Assembly (NCBI RefSeq): GCF_009914755.1 | Contig: NC_060934.1 | DNA from: the human T2T-CHM13v2.0 reference genome, Homo sapiens | Reading direction: 5' to 3' (one strand) | Length of the DNA: 64,000 nt | Shown: positions 60,913 to 64,000 of the stretch, one piece after another | Position numbering within the stretch: the first letter of the stretch is position 1 | How the letters are laid out: each line of letters opens with the position of its first letter | Notes under the pieces: model-generated | Told to the model about the DNA's origin: nothing | Databases searched by the model: none | What the model saw: the letters and a program-made list of their open reading frames with translations, nothing else | Translations under genes and position numbers: made by a program

Positions 60913-63769
60913 TCAGGCAGCTGGCATTCCCCAGGTTTGAAGAGGTCACTTTCCCACCTCTCACTGCTGCAGAAAGGTTAAGTTTTGATCAGAAAATTCA
61001 CACATAACTTGACCGACTGCTTCCTTCTCATCTTTCCTCCTTTGTTTTTGTCTTTAACACCCTGACCCACTTGATTTGCAGAACACACCAAAGAGGAGAC
61101 CTCCAATTAAAATGAGGGAAAACAGAGGAGGAAGTTATGACTAAAGAAAGAGGAGACACAAATAAGCCAGAGCACGAGTCCCACGCACGCCGGGCTCACA
61201 CGCTGGCGGGACTGTTGGCTCCGAGGCCGGCAGATGGGAGATGGATGCCCGCCTTCCCCAGGGAAGCAGAGACATCTCTGGGTGCCTTCTAGAGCAACCT
61301 GGGCCATCCTGCGGGCACAGAACCAAGCTGGCATTCCGGCCATTTCATCTGGGCCAAGAAGGTCGGGGCCACCTTCATCCGCCCCTTCCCAGCCCCCTTG
61401 GGTCCTCGGAACCGTGTTCTTCACCCCCCAGGAGCCTGGCTGCATTGCGAGCCGAGGGTCCAGGAACTCTGCTTCTGACTTGCTGGCTCACCCCTGTCAG
61501 CCAGGCTCTGTTCAGCCACAGATCAGACCAGCAGGCCTGGGGAACACTTGCAAAGAAGAATCGGTGCATGTGCAAACTTTAAAAGACAACACACGTCTCC
61601 ACTGCACATGACCCACTTTGAGTTTTAAATGTCACCTCTGAAAATGTAGACAGGCACTGTTGATAACTGTAATTTGGAGACAAGAAAAAGAAAAGAAACC
61701 AAACCAAATCACACATCTGTTTCTTATAAAACATCTTGTTGACACACGGATCATTGCACAGGTGAGGACCATGGCCCAGGCCTCCAGCTCACGCGGCAGC
61801 TCCAGGCGTCCACGCCTGCCCTTGCCGCCTCAGTCCGTGTGAAACCTCACAGCTTGGCCTTCAGACGAGAAGCCCCACACAAGGCGGCGTGGCCCTCGCT
61901 GTCACTGGAGCTTGGGCGGCCTCCTCCCAGCGCAGCCTGCACCTTGCACTCGCGCCCTGAGACGTTTGCCTCTTGCATGAAAAGCAGCTCTGATTGGGCT
62001 TAACATGAAGGGGTTTGTGTTTGTGACTAAAAGCCACAAACGGGAGGCTAAGTCTCCTTCTGGCCCTGAGGATGGAGGCAGCGGGACAGGACGCGGCTCG
62101 CAGGCACCAGACATCAGGGCACACACTTTCCTGGCTGCCATCTGCGCCTCCGCCCACAGTGGCACCGCCCCTCGCCCCCGTAGCTGAGCAGGAGTCTGAG
62201 TCCTGCAGGAAGGCGCGGCGGCCACAGCAGCCCCAGGGAGGCCGTGAGAGGACGCGTGAGGGCCCGGGGCAGACCACCCCAGGCTCTTCAACACAACAGA
62301 TGAGAACGAAGTCCTTGTTCCAGGCGACTCACTGAGGAAATGCTCCGATAGACTCGGAGAGGGCTGGACACAGAGTGGACCCCACTCTCTTGGCTTCTCT
62401 CGCGGATCTGGGTTTGCAACAATGGCTCGTCGGAACTGTGTAGAGCGTTCAGGTTTATTTTAGACCCTGGGTCAATGTCTTGGAGGAAAAGCCATTGACT
62501 CTCGTGGAAGAATCCTGGGGACAAGAATCTGGGGCGTCGCTCACGCCCTGTTAAAACTTCAGTTCTTCTACCCACATGGGGCATTCTCCACCTCCCAGCA
62601 GCAGATAACTCACTGGATAACCTGATGTCGGGATTTGGCCGGGAAAACATGCTTTTCTGTGACTTTGGAGCTGTTTGCACGTGGCAGGAAGTGGGCGCCT
62701 ACTAAACCAGCAAACGTGGGACAACCAGCCTGGCACCGCCCGAGCCACGCCAGAGCCCCCATGCATCGTCTCCTGATGGCAAGCACTCCAGTAGCCAGAA
62801 CACCAAGGAGGGACGTGCGAATGTCCACAGTTGGCCGGGCTGTCCCTGGGCTGATCTCTGGGGGAAGCAGGAGCCCCAGCTGGAGCTCGGACCGGACACT
62901 CACCCCACGACTGTTGCAGGAGGCAACTGACGCTTCGGGCTCTGGGGCACTCAGGAGAATCTGGACAGAGGCCCACCCAGCTCACCTCTTTACAGAGGGG
63001 CAGAGTGAGGGTGGGGCTCTCCTGGGCCCTGACTCCCCCGAAAACCCTCAGGGGCCTCTGTCCAGGGTGGGCCTCAGAGCCAAGCCTGAACCACAGGGCG
63101 CTGTCTCTCTGTGGGGTCCTGGTGTCCAGGAAGAAATGGGCAGATTCTAAACACTCCCCGGAAAGCAAAGTGTCTGCTGTCACTCCAGCTCTGCGGCCCC
63201 ACAGCGACGCCCGCTCCTCTCCCAGGTGCCTTCGCCCTCGCACAGGTCCAGGCTCCTCGTCCCGGGATGCAGGGCCCCTCCGGTGCCCGCCTGGCCAGTG
63301 CTGTTCGAACCCTGGGGCAGGGGCCCTATTTCGGGCTTTGACTGTCAGCCAGTCCCTTGGCTCCCCAGAGCACCCTCTGTCCACGGTGGACACTCTCTAG
63401 CCAGCCAGGGCCTCGTCTTGGCTGGACGGACAAGAAGTGTGGCCTCAGGAGGGAAGCAGGAGCTCTCGGGCCCGCTGGCTGCCTGCATCCCGACACAGGT
63501 GACACTGCCTCTGCCCATGGCCCTTCCTGCACAGGAGGGTCCCTCTCCACTTCCCGCCTCACTCAGCCGGAGCCATCCCAGAGGCCCGGCCGGCTGCCTC
63601 CTCCTGCCCCGATGCCCAGGGCAGCATCCATGGCGTGGTCAGAGTGGCTGGAGCCTGGCACAGGTGCAGCGATCACCAGGGGGCTGGGGAGGGGCCAGGC
63701 GGCTGCAGCCCTCACCCCTGCTGGCACCCACCCACAGGGTTCTTACCGGAACATGGCACCCACCCTGCT

Positions 63770-64000
63770 CGCCTGCCTGAGGTTCATAACTAAACCCTAC
63801 ACAGTGGGGCCCTGAAGCACAGACATGTTTCCCACAGTCTGGAGGCTGGAAGCCTGAGACAGAGCTGAGTGCAGGCTGGTGCCCCGAGGCCCCCTCCTGG
63901 GCCTGTGCACGCATGTTTCTGGGCTGATGCCCCTGAAGCCCCCTCCCCAGCCTGTGCACCCCTCTGTGCTTCCCCGGTGAGCTCACCTCACTCACCTGAT
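63770..64000 (-). mobile_element. MLT1-like LTR fragment
   Basis: cataactaaac and cccacagtctggaggctggaagcctgaga resemble reverse MLT1. Confidence 0.6.

Larger units (their letters stand above)
56623..64000 (+). other. ADGRA1: ADGRA1 intron (continues beyond the window)
   Basis: Begins gtgagt; no recognisable 7TM-coding exon in the remainder. Confidence 0.7.

Noticed and set aside
61608-61628. ATG ACC CAC TTT as an alternative first coding exon like the rodent MTQW start I recall
   Set aside because: No GT donor in place and an immediate stop; the similarity is only a few bases.
63401-63498. Possible exon with a GPS-like W..C pattern (LGWTDKKCGL)
   Set aside because: Too short to be significant, and it lies downstream of the Stachel-like motif, which is the wrong order for a GPS.

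Overview
This is GC-rich, intron/intergenic primate DNA, almost certainly human (AluY/S/J, THE1/MST/MLT1 and MER4 LTRs, old L1). Its minisatellite density is typical of a subtelomere. A CpG island at ~55.4-56.8 kb carries a 205-nt exon (56418-56622) that ends in ATG|gtgagt. I recognise this, from memory and without running an alignment, as the 5' end of ADGRA1/GPR123 (10q26.3); the next coding exon lies beyond the window. Positions 1-55 kb are upstream non-coding sequence with about 20 tandem repeats. Nearly all long ORFs in the track are repeat or GC artefacts. Main observation: the 5'UTR just before the ADGRA1 ATG reads, in frame, RFRNFAALM. This matches the adhesion-GPCR tethered-agonist (Stachel) motif, although ADGRA1 is described as lacking a GAIN/GPS domain. 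It lies behind a strong-Kozak in-frame uATG, a single TGA and a candidate internal splice acceptor. Also notable: a non-Alu intronic inverted repeat with one A:C mismatch, a ~260-nt fold-back, and VNTRs built from RBPJ and E-box motifs.
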